Source of the DNA: Escherichia phage PECP14
Length of the DNA: 64,000 bases
Direction: 5' to 3' (one strand)
Sequence record: OQ870555.1
The position numbers and the translations under genes were made by a program. This document shows, in pieces, positions 36,901 through 45,252 of this stretch. How positions within the stretch are numbered: the first letter of the stretch is position 1; every line of letters starts with the position of its first letter. The notes under the pieces were generated by a model. The model did not search any database. It was given only the letters and a program-made list of their open reading frames with translations, and was not told the origin of the DNA.

Positions 36901-37076
36901 CATTGTTAATGGATGCTTTAGCTGCTATTAAGGTATTATCTGAAAGAAATAAGTCTCTTGAGACTAAACTACAAGAGATGTCTACTGTTATTGAAAACAT
37001 TAACGAAAAGCTTAATTTGATGACTAGATTATCAAATATAGAAGCAGAGTTAGATAAAATGAAAGGTACTAGTTAA
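33993..37076 (+). CDS. L-shaped tail fibre protein A with C-terminal intramolecular chaperone (auto-cleaving) domain (1027 aa)
   Basis: N-terminal Ala/Glu/Ser-rich repetitive helical region; C-terminal about 130 aa (SDINLKDNIQDVSGEE...GVIAQQIELIDPQYV...) fits the peptidase-S74-type chaperone pattern. Confidence 0.8.
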   Translation: MALKTKIIVQQILNIDDTTTTASKYPKYTVVLGNSISSITAGELTAAVEASAASAAAAKDSEIAAKESETNAKDSENLAAIYATSSETSATQSAASAAEAERQAGLSQKSAEASATSAEESKGFRNSAELAAQNAETSRRLAEQAKTAAQQAQTAAETAKTGAETAKAGAEAAATTAGEHAASAKQSELNAKESETNAAGSAVEAGDKAVDATTEANRAKAEADRAAQIVDSKLDKEDISGFIKVYKTKAEADADVANRVLGEKILVWNQTDSKYGWYKVAGTAEAPVLELVEIEQKLVSINNVHADDAGNVQITLPGGNPSLWLGEVTWFPYDKDSGVGYPGVLPADGREVLRVDYPDTWEAIEAGLIPSVSEAEWQAGATLYFSTGDGSTTFRLPDMMQGQAFRAPTKGEEDGGAIKEQIPYITTVNGIGPADDTGAIKLPYVAMVNGTIRPDENGNLALGNVVTKNVWNGTDGEVLLRGAFGLGGAGIILNEPDLVSFFKAMRAFGSGYYRNDNESNLVIPKYSAGFYSKVGDTHTFICSAYSNGVAFVASASDRDLDEESTVHTNILYGTANKPDLNNDTQGVLGLDKGGTGASTVSSAKTNLEVDRIKQLVGGTHITSQDQNIVFMVQDTKTWGVYDHSENKWISLPVEHGGTGATEPVQARKNLGAASAGINSDITQLRNMEGWPLSIKNGGIITRKYHAVPSDGFYLGSEVFSAQVQLDNSEDPDTPRLEALFYAEGNYAQSRTERATVAAYRRTADGSLTATKYANLYMDSGAWNAERMQALGYSKGWDDDSFGFLAPFQASDVTGNDHGFVPIISAMTQSTGGYPMRATTGLISRGTSTWPAYAFRLRGDSNWGCTYQFHMTGDIDGWGSDYNNVVFNFTYTKNAVSDINLKDNIQDVSGEESLENIEKMEFKKFTYKFDKKKSIRRGVIAQQIELIDPQYVKAIGNPETDDITLTLDTNPLLMDALAAIKVLSERNKSLETKLQEMSTVIENINEKLNLMTRLSNIEAELDKMKGTS

Positions 37077-39061
37077 TGTCACGTAATTTAATGCCAAAAA
37101 GTGGGGCTATGGCCCCATATGTTGTAGTTAATAGAGACGCCGCAGTTGCCGGCGTTTTCTCTGTTGATGGAGAAGCTGGTGCTGTTGTGCTAACTTCCAA
37201 ATACCTGCAAATCTCTAAGTATACTACTGATAAAGCTGCTACTGATGCAGCTATCAATAATATTAACGAGTCGATTGGTAATATTAATACTGCATTAGGA
37301 GGTGTTAATACTACTTTAGATACTAAAGCTGCTAAAGGTGCCAATAACGATATTACAGAATTAAATGCACTTACTAAAGCTATTAAAATTTCTCAAGGTG
37401 GTACTGGGGCAGTAACGCTAGAAAATGCTAGAGCAAATCTACAAGTAGAACGCCTACGTCAGCAAGATAACGGAACTTTTATTACCTCTCCTGACGGTAA
37501 ATATTCTTTATTTATCTATAATAGTGGAGATTTTGGTTTAATTAATAGTGCTAGTACAGCAGTTAGTGCTATGAAAGTTGCTTTCGGTGGTACGGGTGGA
37601 ACTACTCCTAAAACTGCAAGAAAAGGCCTTAATGTCCCTGTTGGTGCCTTGGCTGAGATAGTACCTGATGGAGATAACGTATTGAACTATGTAGCTGTTG
37701 CTGGCCAGAGTGGGTATTATTCCTCTGGTGACGCAATAGTTAACGGGCCTCCCAAGCAAGAGGGTTGGTGGACGTATAACTTCCACTGTCATGGAGTAGA
37801 CATAAATGGTGTGGCACAATACGGTATACTTCGTGCAGTTGGATTGTCTGGTAGTTCCTGGGTTAACGTTCTTGATGGTACTGATAACTGGAGAGGATGG
37901 CAGGAACAATTTAATGTTCAAACTACTGTTCAAATCTCTAATGGGGGTACTGGTGCTCAGAGTGTAGGACAAGCAAGAAGTAATCTTGGAATTGGTGAAA
38001 CTGATATTCCTGTTTTTAGGGGTGTGAATCTTATTGAAAAGAATGGTGCTAATTCCGGCATTCTTTACCTAATAAACAAGAACGCAGAAGGTGTGCAACT
38101 TTCATATTCCAGGATCTACAATGAAATTCAAGGAGCGACCGCTAAAGCAACAATACAAGTAACAAGAGAAGGTGGTGATAATAACTATTATCAATTTGAC
38201 GAGCATGGTAATGCACTAAACTATAACTCTATAACAGTAGGTCGTGGTATTGGTAACGCTCTTGGTGATAATTCATTGGTTATTGGTGATACTGACACTG
38301 GCTTTAAATGGGGTGGTGATGGTATTATTCAAATTCATTGCAATGGTAGTAATATTGCATCTTATGAAGCGCACAATATGCATATTAATGGATTACTTAC
38401 AATATGGCCTACTGAGAATAACGCAAATGGGGTTAGAGTTTCAGGCGCTAGAACTGGTGGCGGTAATGCGTTAATTGGGGGTCAAATTGCTGGCGGCGGC
38501 TGGGATGGTTGGCGAGATCGCGCATCTGGTCTACTTGTTGAACTACCAGGTGATGATGCCGCATCAAACATATTCAAGGCTGTTAGGTGGGGCGGTGATT
38601 GGGCTGCTGGTCTTGATGTTGTAAGATATGGTGCTGGAGGTTGTGAGGCGCACCTTAATATAAGAGGTGCAACTTACACATTTAATGATGCTGGGTATGC
38701 GTCTGCTGTTCAGTGGGTTAACACATCCGATATTCGCCTGAAAGCAAATCTAAAAGAGATTGAAAGCGCTAAAGAAAAAGTGAAATCGATTAAGGGTTAT
38801 ACTTATTTTAAGCGTAATAATCTTGATGAAGATGAACACTCTATTTATTCTGAGGAAGCGGGTGTAATAGCTCAGGATGTGCAGGCTGTTTTGCCGGAGG
38901 CTGTTTATAAAATCTCTAACAGTGAGTATTTAGGTGTAAGTTATAGTGGTATTACCGCTCTCCTAGTTAACGCTTTTAATGAACTTAATGAAGTTGTTGA
39001 AAAGCAGCAGCAAGAAATTGATGAACTTAAGAAATTGGTAAAACAATTACTTGATAAGTAA
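37076..39061 (+). CDS. L-shaped tail fibre protein B with C-terminal intramolecular chaperone domain (661 aa)
   Basis: Gly-rich body; C-terminal SDIRLKANLKEIESAKEK...GVIAQDVQAVLPEAVYK chaperone-type domain paralogous to the C-terminus of the preceding gene. Confidence 0.75.
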   Translation: MSRNLMPKSGAMAPYVVVNRDAAVAGVFSVDGEAGAVVLTSKYLQISKYTTDKAATDAAINNINESIGNINTALGGVNTTLDTKAAKGANNDITELNALTKAIKISQGGTGAVTLENARANLQVERLRQQDNGTFITSPDGKYSLFIYNSGDFGLINSASTAVSAMKVAFGGTGGTTPKTARKGLNVPVGALAEIVPDGDNVLNYVAVAGQSGYYSSGDAIVNGPPKQEGWWTYNFHCHGVDINGVAQYGILRAVGLSGSSWVNVLDGTDNWRGWQEQFNVQTTVQISNGGTGAQSVGQARSNLGIGETDIPVFRGVNLIEKNGANSGILYLINKNAEGVQLSYSRIYNEIQGATAKATIQVTREGGDNNYYQFDEHGNALNYNSITVGRGIGNALGDNSLVIGDTDTGFKWGGDGIIQIHCNGSNIASYEAHNMHINGLLTIWPTENNANGVRVSGARTGGGNALIGGQIAGGGWDGWRDRASGLLVELPGDDAASNIFKAVRWGGDWAAGLDVVRYGAGGCEAHLNIRGATYTFNDAGYASAVQWVNTSDIRLKANLKEIESAKEKVKSIKGYTYFKRNNLDEDEHSIYSEEAGVIAQDVQAVLPEAVYKISNSEYLGVSYSGITALLVNAFNELNEVVEKQQQEIDELKKLVKQLLDK

Positions 39062-39068
39062 AAGAAAA

Positions 39069-39090
39069 CCCCAGTGGATTTCCACTGGGG
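39069..39090. terminator. Bidirectional terminator CCCCAGTGGA-TT-TCCACTGGGG between convergent late and early units
   Basis: Perfect 10-bp stem flanked by A-run upstream and TTTATTATTAT downstream. Confidence 0.8.
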
Positions 39091-39097
39091 TTTATTA

Positions 39098-39364
39098 TTA
39101 TCTGCTGCCAGCAATAACACCTAAGTTAAACACTGCTAACATAGCTCTAAGAGTAGGATCTTCTGAATTGCTACATAGTTCGACAAAAGCCTCTTCATCC
39201 CACTGGATTACATTGCCTTCACGATCTACCTTAAGAACTACGTTATTCACATCCGGTTCTGCTACCATAACATGATGATACGTAGCGGGATGTTCAAATG
39301 ATCCTATCATATTAGGATCAGCAAAATTATTTACTTCCTGAGCTTCCAAAGCCGCCTTCTCCAC
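39098..39364 (-). CDS. hypothetical protein (88 aa, GTG start)
   Basis: ORF with AGGAG upstream of the GTG; overlaps the dUTPase 3' end. Confidence 0.4.
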   Translation of the reverse strand: MEKAALEAQEVNNFADPNMIGSFEHPATYHHVMVAEPDVNNVVLKVDREGNVIQWDEEAFVELCSNSEDPTLRAMLAVFNLGVIAGSR

Positions 39365-39773
39365 GATCAGTCTCCTCTAGTTCGTCAACGATTTCAAAAT
39401 GATGAGTTGAGTAGTGTGGTAGTACTACTAGCTGACAAAGTCTCTCGAAATTCTCCAGAGTTTGCATTTCAGAACCGTAGTTAAACAGGTTCATCTTAAT
39501 AGTACCACGGTAGTCTGAGTCGATCACTCCTGCGGTATTTGCGATCATTAGTTTACGCTTACCTAAAGAGCTGCGAGGAACTACCAAACCAAACCAACCT
39601 CGCGGAATTTCCACCGCGACACCGGTGTCAATCATAAGGGATTTGCCTGGTGCAATAGCACGTAAATCTGCCGCAAGGTTAGTACCAAAGAATGCACGCA
39701 GATCCATACCTGCGGCATCATCAGAACCAATCCTCGGCATGCAATCTGGATGAGTTAGTTTAATTTTAATCAT
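39327..39773 (-). CDS. dut: dUTP diphosphatase (148 aa)
   Basis: dUTPase-type motifs AAGMDLRA, RSSLG and DSDYRG in the translation. Confidence 0.85.
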   Translation of the reverse strand: MIKIKLTHPDCMPRIGSDDAAGMDLRAFFGTNLAADLRAIAPGKSLMIDTGVAVEIPRGWFGLVVPRSSLGKRKLMIANTAGVIDSDYRGTIKMNLFNYGSEMQTLENFERLCQLVVLPHYSTHHFEIVDELEETDRGEGGFGSSGSK

Positions 39774-40645
39774 TGTCCTGCGATCTCCAAAATATCTTTC
39801 GTAAACTTATCTAATACGTCTTGACCCACAGCAGCAATAGCATCTACACAATAGGTCGGTAAATCAACCAGAATCAGATTTCGGAAAAGCAACTCCTCCG
39901 ATGCGTTCAGATTCTGTATATATTTCTGTTTCCCAGGCAGAGGGAGTTGATCAATAATATCCAGAACATTACCAAATTCACGGATAATATTATAACCACG
40001 TTTTGCACCGATGCCTTCAACACCACGGATGTTATCACCAAGATCTCCCATAATTGCTTTCAGAGAGATAAACTGATCTACATCGTCAACGTTATGATGT
40101 TCATACATATCACGAAGATGGTACTCACGACGTGTGGTGAAGGAGAAGCGAGAAACTCGATCAGTTAATAGAGTATCCCAGTCACCATCAGTAGAGATCA
40201 GCCAAACGTGATCATATAAATGACCAATGAGCTTAACAATATAAGCTGCCATATCGTCTGCTTCTACACCACGAATAGTGAAAGTTGGGAATGTGGTTTC
40301 ACACAACTCGAAAGCATCACGAAGATACTCGAAGAACTGTTCATCTAGTGCTTTCTCTTCTTCTGTACGTTGAGCATACTTTTCATCACGGTTGCCCTTA
40401 TAATCAGGAAGGTGCTCTAAACGGAATACAGACTTTCCTTTATCACCGAGAACGATTGTAGTTCTAGCTGAGTAGGATTTTGCGAGAGATTGAATTGTAG
40501 AAACATAACTTGAAGCGAAGGGTTTCTTACTATTATTATGTTTGAAGCGGAAGCCTAAGTTAGTTCCATCAACAATCATTAGGTTGCGACGAGAAGCCAG
40601 CTCAGCTTCTTCCTCTTCAATAAATTTTCCCCAGGATTTACTCAT
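39770..40645 (-). CDS. D15: flap endonuclease / 5'-3' exonuclease (D15-like, 291 aa)
   Basis: N-terminus MSKSWGKFIEEEEAE...MIVDGTNLGFRF and acidic metal-binding residues match my recollection of the T5 D15 exonuclease. Confidence 0.9.
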   Translation of the reverse strand: MSKSWGKFIEEEEAELASRRNLMIVDGTNLGFRFKHNNSKKPFASSYVSTIQSLAKSYSARTTIVLGDKGKSVFRLEHLPDYKGNRDEKYAQRTEEEKALDEQFFEYLRDAFELCETTFPTFTIRGVEADDMAAYIVKLIGHLYDHVWLISTDGDWDTLLTDRVSRFSFTTRREYHLRDMYEHHNVDDVDQFISLKAIMGDLGDNIRGVEGIGAKRGYNIIREFGNVLDIIDQLPLPGKQKYIQNLNASEELLFRNLILVDLPTYCVDAIAAVGQDVLDKFTKDILEIAGQ

Positions 40646-41127
40646 TATTTAATTAAGTCCTCAACAGATGCGTGATGTAACCACGGTTCGAATAACCCGA
40701 TTACGATTTCCATGTCTTTCTTATTTAACACCATATGGGTACGACTCATTAAGTTGTCGACCATAGGGTCTGAGCTATCCAAAGCAATTAACCACTGTCC
40801 TCTGTCTTTCTTGAATATTAAGGCTGGTTTGGAGTTCATCTGTTCACCTTCACGGGAACACTGCTGCCACCACTTCTCTAGAGTGGATTCACCAACGTTA
40901 AATAAATTACTTGATATGTTATCATCTTTATACCACTTAACTTCGAAGCAGTATTTACTAATGTGTCCGCTTTGTGGTGGAAGGTAGATGTCACCCTTCA
41001 GTCCATGGCTCTGGCCAAAAGCACCAGAACCTGGAACACGTTCCCACTCAAGACCTGTACGTTCACGTAGTATATCTCTTACCTGATATTCACCACGTTT
41101 ACCTTTCTCTCTACTATCTACGGCCAT
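40645..41127 (-). CDS. hypothetical protein (D14-like, 160 aa)
   Basis: Position between the D13 and D15 homologues. Confidence 0.5.
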   Translation of the reverse strand: MAVDSREKGKRGEYQVRDILRERTGLEWERVPGSGAFGQSHGLKGDIYLPPQSGHISKYCFEVKWYKDDNISSNLFNVGESTLEKWWQQCSREGEQMNSKPALIFKKDRGQWLIALDSSDPMVDNLMSRTHMVLNKKDMEIVIGLFEPWLHHASVEDLIK

Positions 41128-41130
41128 GTT

Positions 41131-42969
41131 TTATTCTAAGTAGGAAAATCCTTCTGCATCTTTTTTGACAGTAATCTTATGGGCTACTGGATGCGTATGC
41201 CCATGAGAAACAATGATAGAATTCAGACTATCTTCCTCATTTAATAATTCAACGAGAGTATCAAGTCCTTTCGTATCAATAAAGCTAATAACTTCGTCAA
41301 GGAACAGAAGATTAATATTAACTTTACTAATAGATGTTAACAGCATTCGAATAGCTAACAGAGTTGCTAGGTTAATTCTACTCTGCTGACCAGTAGAGCA
41401 GTTCTCCATACTGGTGCGGTTTCCATCATTGAAGATTACTACTTGTAATTTAGTTTCATCAAGTTCAAATCCAAGTGCGAACTTACCACCAGTCATAATA
41501 GAAAGATATTTATTAATCAATTCCTCAAATACTTTCACACTATGCTCTAATTTATATCCTACCAGATTTTTCAATGCAGTGATCAGAATATCAAGATCAG
41601 CAACAGCTTCTGATACTCCATCCAGTTTGGACGTTATCTCAGACATTTCTGCCTCAGCTTTCTCAATCTGTTCTAGTTTCGCTTTATATTTTGCATTGGC
41701 TAACTCGACATTTGCATTATGCTCTTTGGCAATTGCAACTTTAGAACGTCCATCTGCGATTTCCTGTTCTAATTGTCGGATTTGCACCTGTAGGATTTGC
41801 ACATTGAGTTCTTCAAAAGAAGCATCACTCATTGAATTTTTGAACTCGTCCCTAGCTGCTATTGCCTTATCCAAAGCATCCTTAGCTCTAGTATATGCAG
41901 TGTACTCGACTTGTTCTTTCTTCAACTGCTCCAATGTAGCTTCAAGAGATTGTTTCTCTTTAAACAGAGGATCATATTCTGTTCTAGCCATATCCATTGC
42001 TTTTTGAGCAGCAGTTGTATCAAGATGCGTACCACAAGTAGGACATTCAGTATTTGAAGCCTCTTGCTTAAACTTCTGATAACGTTTCTTGACTTCTCCC
42101 GCACGTGAGGTAACAATCGTTAAGTCACGCGTAACACTTGAGATCTCTTCAGATTGGTCAGTGGGCGCAGGGAAATTTTTGAAAGGCTCGAAAGATTGTT
42201 CGGCAACTTGTACAGCTTTGTCCAAATTACGGAGTTTAGTAATATTAGCCTCTTGTGACTTGGCTAATGCCGCCTTAATTTTCGATTCAGTAAGTTCTTG
42301 TGCTAATGGTTCTTCATCAAACTCTGGAACTTCAACTGGCTCTTGTAAACTTCCGAGATTGCCTTTTCCGTTGAGGATCTTCGTAATTACGGCCATCTGG
42401 CCTTGCAAGTTACTTAACGTACTTGCCACTTCTTTACGATCAGCCTTAATAGTTTCTGACATCTCTTTATACTGTTCCTGATTGAACAGATTAACAAGAA
42501 AAGCTTTACGTGTCGCATCAGTTGCTTTGAGGAAGTCTAGATTGGAACCTACAGATTGATAGATCAGTTTAGTGAATGTTTGGAAGTCACCACCCATAAT
42601 CTCTTCAATCATCTTATACGTTTGAGTTGCTGTGTGTCCACTGATATCTTCTCCATTCTTAATCAGTGTAACCTTAGCAGTTGATTTAACTACTTTATGC
42701 AATTCATACTCATCTTCATCTTTCGAGAAGTAAGCATGCATATCATACTCTTTCTTCGGAGAACCCCAAGAGAATAGGGCGTCCTTCTTGATACCACGTG
42801 AGTTCTTGTTATAAAACAATTCCTCAATAACAGTAGCAATAGTGGACTTCCCTAGACCGTTTCCTCCGATTAACTGAGTAACTGGATTCTTATCGAAATG
42901 AATTACGATATCCTTACCGTAAGACATAACGTTGCTGAATTTTAGTGTCTTAATTATAATCTTTGACAT
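41131..42969 (-). CDS. D13: SbcC/Rad50-like ATPase (D13-like)
   Basis: Walker A GGNGLGKST, long central coiled coil, C-terminal signature/D-loop region (LFLDEVISFID); start taken at an internal Met, the listed ORF extends to 43044. Confidence 0.8.
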   Translation of the reverse strand: MSKIIIKTLKFSNVMSYGKDIVIHFDKNPVTQLIGGNGLGKSTIATVIEELFYNKNSRGIKKDALFSWGSPKKEYDMHAYFSKDEDEYELHKVVKSTAKVTLIKNGEDISGHTATQTYKMIEEIMGGDFQTFTKLIYQSVGSNLDFLKATDATRKAFLVNLFNQEQYKEMSETIKADRKEVASTLSNLQGQMAVITKILNGKGNLGSLQEPVEVPEFDEEPLAQELTESKIKAALAKSQEANITKLRNLDKAVQVAEQSFEPFKNFPAPTDQSEEISSVTRDLTIVTSRAGEVKKRYQKFKQEASNTECPTCGTHLDTTAAQKAMDMARTEYDPLFKEKQSLEATLEQLKKEQVEYTAYTRAKDALDKAIAARDEFKNSMSDASFEELNVQILQVQIRQLEQEIADGRSKVAIAKEHNANVELANAKYKAKLEQIEKAEAEMSEITSKLDGVSEAVADLDILITALKNLVGYKLEHSVKVFEELINKYLSIMTGGKFALGFELDETKLQVVIFNDGNRTSMENCSTGQQSRINLATLLAIRMLLTSISKVNINLLFLDEVISFIDTKGLDTLVELLNEEDSLNSIIVSHGHTHPVAHKITVKKDAEGFSYLE

Positions 42970-43927
42970 ATTTAGCAGCTCTAGCCAAGATTCTATCAAT
43001 GTCGTCTTGAGACAGCTTTTCAACTTCACGGAAGTAAAGCTCAAGCTCGCCTAACATATCAAGATCAACAAGATTTAACTTAGCATCTTTAGTAACTCGA
43101 TGGTTAATCTTTTTATCTAAGAGATCGGAATCTTTAATAGACTTTAACTGAACGACGTCACCAGTGACTTCATAAATTACACGGTCATAGTCACTAGGCT
43201 CCATTTCCTCACCAACTCCGATTGTTTTACGAATCAGTTGTGGTAAGTCACCAAGTTCAATCCATTCTACTTTTAATGTGTCGGTATCAATGATAAAACA
43301 ACCATTTGTACCTTTTGTTCGTTCTCTATGGAACGATGTAGTTAATGGAGATCCTGGATAAAGAAGTCTAGTAGAACCAACAGTTTGACTATTAGTATAA
43401 GAATGTAAATCGCCAGCAATTACAGTGTCATAACAGTTATACCTCGTTAGATCAATCTCTGGTTTTACATGTGGAGGGATTTCACCACGAACATGCGTGA
43501 AACATAGTTTTGATTCAGATGGTTTCCACTTTGGTTTGTGGATTTCATCATAAGGGATAATATCAAATTCAGGAGAACGATATGGTTTAGTAATGACTTC
43601 CCAATTTCCGTTTGTTACTTTATTAATAACTCCTGCATAATGATACAGACATGAAATAGTTTTAGTTAACATTTCATGGTTCCCAGTGAAGATCTTGCCT
43701 GAATGGTCAAGTCTTGACATGAACTGTTCAAGAAGTTCTATTTCTTCCGACGATGGGTCGGCAACATCAAGAATATCACCACCAGCAATATGCAGATCAC
43801 AGTTATGATTATGGAATATGTCATTTAACCGTTCTCCTAGCATCAGGAAGCGACGCTTCTGCCATTCCTTTGGAACTTTATCTTGTCCTAATTTGATATG
43901 ATGATCAGCACTAAATAGTATTCTCAT
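42950..43927 (-). CDS. D12: SbcD/Mre11-like metallophosphoesterase nuclease (D12-like, 325 aa)
   Basis: Phosphoesterase motifs ADHH, GDILD, GNHE and GDLH; paired with the Rad50-like ATPase. Confidence 0.8.
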   Translation of the reverse strand: MRILFSADHHIKLGQDKVPKEWQKRRFLMLGERLNDIFHNHNCDLHIAGGDILDVADPSSEEIELLEQFMSRLDHSGKIFTGNHEMLTKTISCLYHYAGVINKVTNGNWEVITKPYRSPEFDIIPYDEIHKPKWKPSESKLCFTHVRGEIPPHVKPEIDLTRYNCYDTVIAGDLHSYTNSQTVGSTRLLYPGSPLTTSFHRERTKGTNGCFIIDTDTLKVEWIELGDLPQLIRKTIGVGEEMEPSDYDRVIYEVTGDVVQLKSIKDSDLLDKKINHRVTKDAKLNLVDLDMLGELELYFREVEKLSQDDIDRILARAAKYVKDYN

Positions 43928-43966
43928 AAGTTAAAAAGAAAGGGAGCCGTAGCTCCCCTTGGTTTA

Positions 43967-44740
43967 TTAGTCGTCCAGATCGCTAGCAGCTTCAGCGTCG
44001 ATGCCTTTCTGAGAACCAGCATCACCACCAGACTTAGTGTCACCGCCGTCTTGCTTCTCACGACCTTCCATGAAGGCGAGAATAGCTTCTTTCTGCTCTT
44101 CGTAGGACGGAACCGGGTAGGTTTCTTCCAGAGAAGGAACTTTTTCAAACTTGATGAACTCACCAGTATCATCACACATAGCTTCACCGAGAATATCGGC
44201 ATCTGCGGCGTGCAGTTTAGCTTCTGCGCTAGTAGGATCTTTCAGAGCCATCTGGAACTGCATTGCTGCGATCTGCTGTACATCGTACTCAGTATCGAAG
44301 CCTTTACCTTTCTTCTCGATAGAAATATCGATATCGAACGGGTCGGACAGTTTCAGCTGCTTCATGATAGACTGGATGCCTTTCAGGATAGTAGCTTTAA
44401 CTTCCATAACTTTCAGTTTGTTATCAGAACGGTCGATAACGAAAGCGATGTAGTTTTTCTTCGGTTTCAGCGGAACACGATTACCATCTTTGTCCAGCTC
44501 TTTCTCGAAGAAGCCCATTTCGTGAATCGGGTCAGCTTTACCGCGAACGAAGCTCTCTTTAGTACGGTTGAAACGCAGGCACTCAAACGGAGCTGCATTA
44601 CCATCTTTGTTAGTCAGCCAGTAGACATAACGTGGAAGAACACCAGAAACGATACGAACACGAGTTACACCGTTGTTGAATTTCAGGAAGTCGATTTTAT
44701 CGTTAGAACCGCCAGTAGTTTCGCCCCAAGACTTAGCCAT
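43967..44740 (-). CDS. hypothetical DNA-metabolism protein with acidic C-terminal tail (257 aa); possible single-stranded DNA-binding protein
   Basis: Position inside the replication cluster; acidic C-terminus ...AASDLDD is reminiscent of SSB tails. Speculative. Confidence 0.45.
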   Translation of the reverse strand: MAKSWGETTGGSNDKIDFLKFNNGVTRVRIVSGVLPRYVYWLTNKDGNAAPFECLRFNRTKESFVRGKADPIHEMGFFEKELDKDGNRVPLKPKKNYIAFVIDRSDNKLKVMEVKATILKGIQSIMKQLKLSDPFDIDISIEKKGKGFDTEYDVQQIAAMQFQMALKDPTSAEAKLHAADADILGEAMCDDTGEFIKFEKVPSLEETYPVPSYEEQKEAILAFMEGREKQDGGDTKSGGDAGSQKGIDAEAASDLDD

Positions 44741-45095
44741 ATTTTATTTCCTCTTTAAAGATTATCTTCGATTTATTGATTGCAATTAGTGGGTTAGTGT
44801 CGATTACAGAACGTGGTATCCATATGGGAACATATTGCATGTCCAAACTCGGATCGTTTGTAAACTTATATTCGGCATAATTTCGTAGACTTAGAATTCC
44901 TAGATATTCTGCCAGTTGTCTATTAGACAATTTGTAAGGGTTATCAACAATAGTTGATTCATTCAAGATGAATGAAGAACCGACCAGTAACTGGTGAGCA
45001 TCAGGCTCTGCAAGCATTCTATTAAATAGCTTGACAATCAGGTCGGAGTTTCCTCTAGCTAAGAGGTAAATTCTCTCGTAATCAAAGAATTTCAT
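44733..45095 (-). CDS. hypothetical protein (120 aa)
   Basis: ORF directly downstream of two tandem early promoters; GAGAGA ribosome-binding site. Confidence 0.5.
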   Translation of the reverse strand: MKFFDYERIYLLARGNSDLIVKLFNRMLAEPDAHQLLVGSSFILNESTIVDNPYKLSNRQLAEYLGILSLRNYAEYKFTNDPSLDMQYVPIWIPRSVIDTNPLIAINKSKIIFKEEIKYG

Positions 45096-45122
45096 TTTTG
45101 TCTCTCATCAATTTATGTATAT

Positions 45123-45152
45123 ATTATACATTAAATCGGGAGGATTTGACAA
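45123..45152 (-). promoter_or_regulatory. Early promoter (TTGTCA-N18-TATAAT)
   Basis: Minus-strand -35 at 45147-45152, -10 at 45123-45128; conserved downstream leader ATATACATAAATTGATGAGAGA carrying the ribosome-binding site. Confidence 0.55.
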
Positions 45153-45223
45153 GTACAATTTTTATTTTTCTGCTTCGGACTTTCTTATCAATCCGAAACT
45201 TTCTCTCTCAAATTTATGAGTAT

Positions 45224-45252
45224 ATTATACAATAATTATGAGCAGTTGCCAA
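45224..45252 (-). promoter_or_regulatory. Early promoter (TTGGCA-N17-TATAAT), tandem with the promoter at 45123-45152
   Basis: Minus-strand -35 at 45247-45252, -10 at 45224-45229; overlaps the 3' end of the D10 helicase gene. Confidence 0.55.

Noticed and set aside
41414-42481. Plus-strand ORFs (197 and 130 aa) opposite the Rad50-like D13 gene
   Set aside because: Antisense to a gene with Walker A and coiled-coil features; Ser/Cys-rich low-complexity translations.
44051-44758. ORF of 235 aa on the plus strand opposite gene 43967-44740
   Set aside because: Antisense to a gene that fits the leftward operon structure; no start signals; Phe-rich mirror-frame composition.
45181-45206. Hairpin TTCGGA-N12-TCCGAA between the two tandem early promoters as a terminator
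   Set aside because: Not followed by a T-run on either strand; more likely part of the promoter leader.
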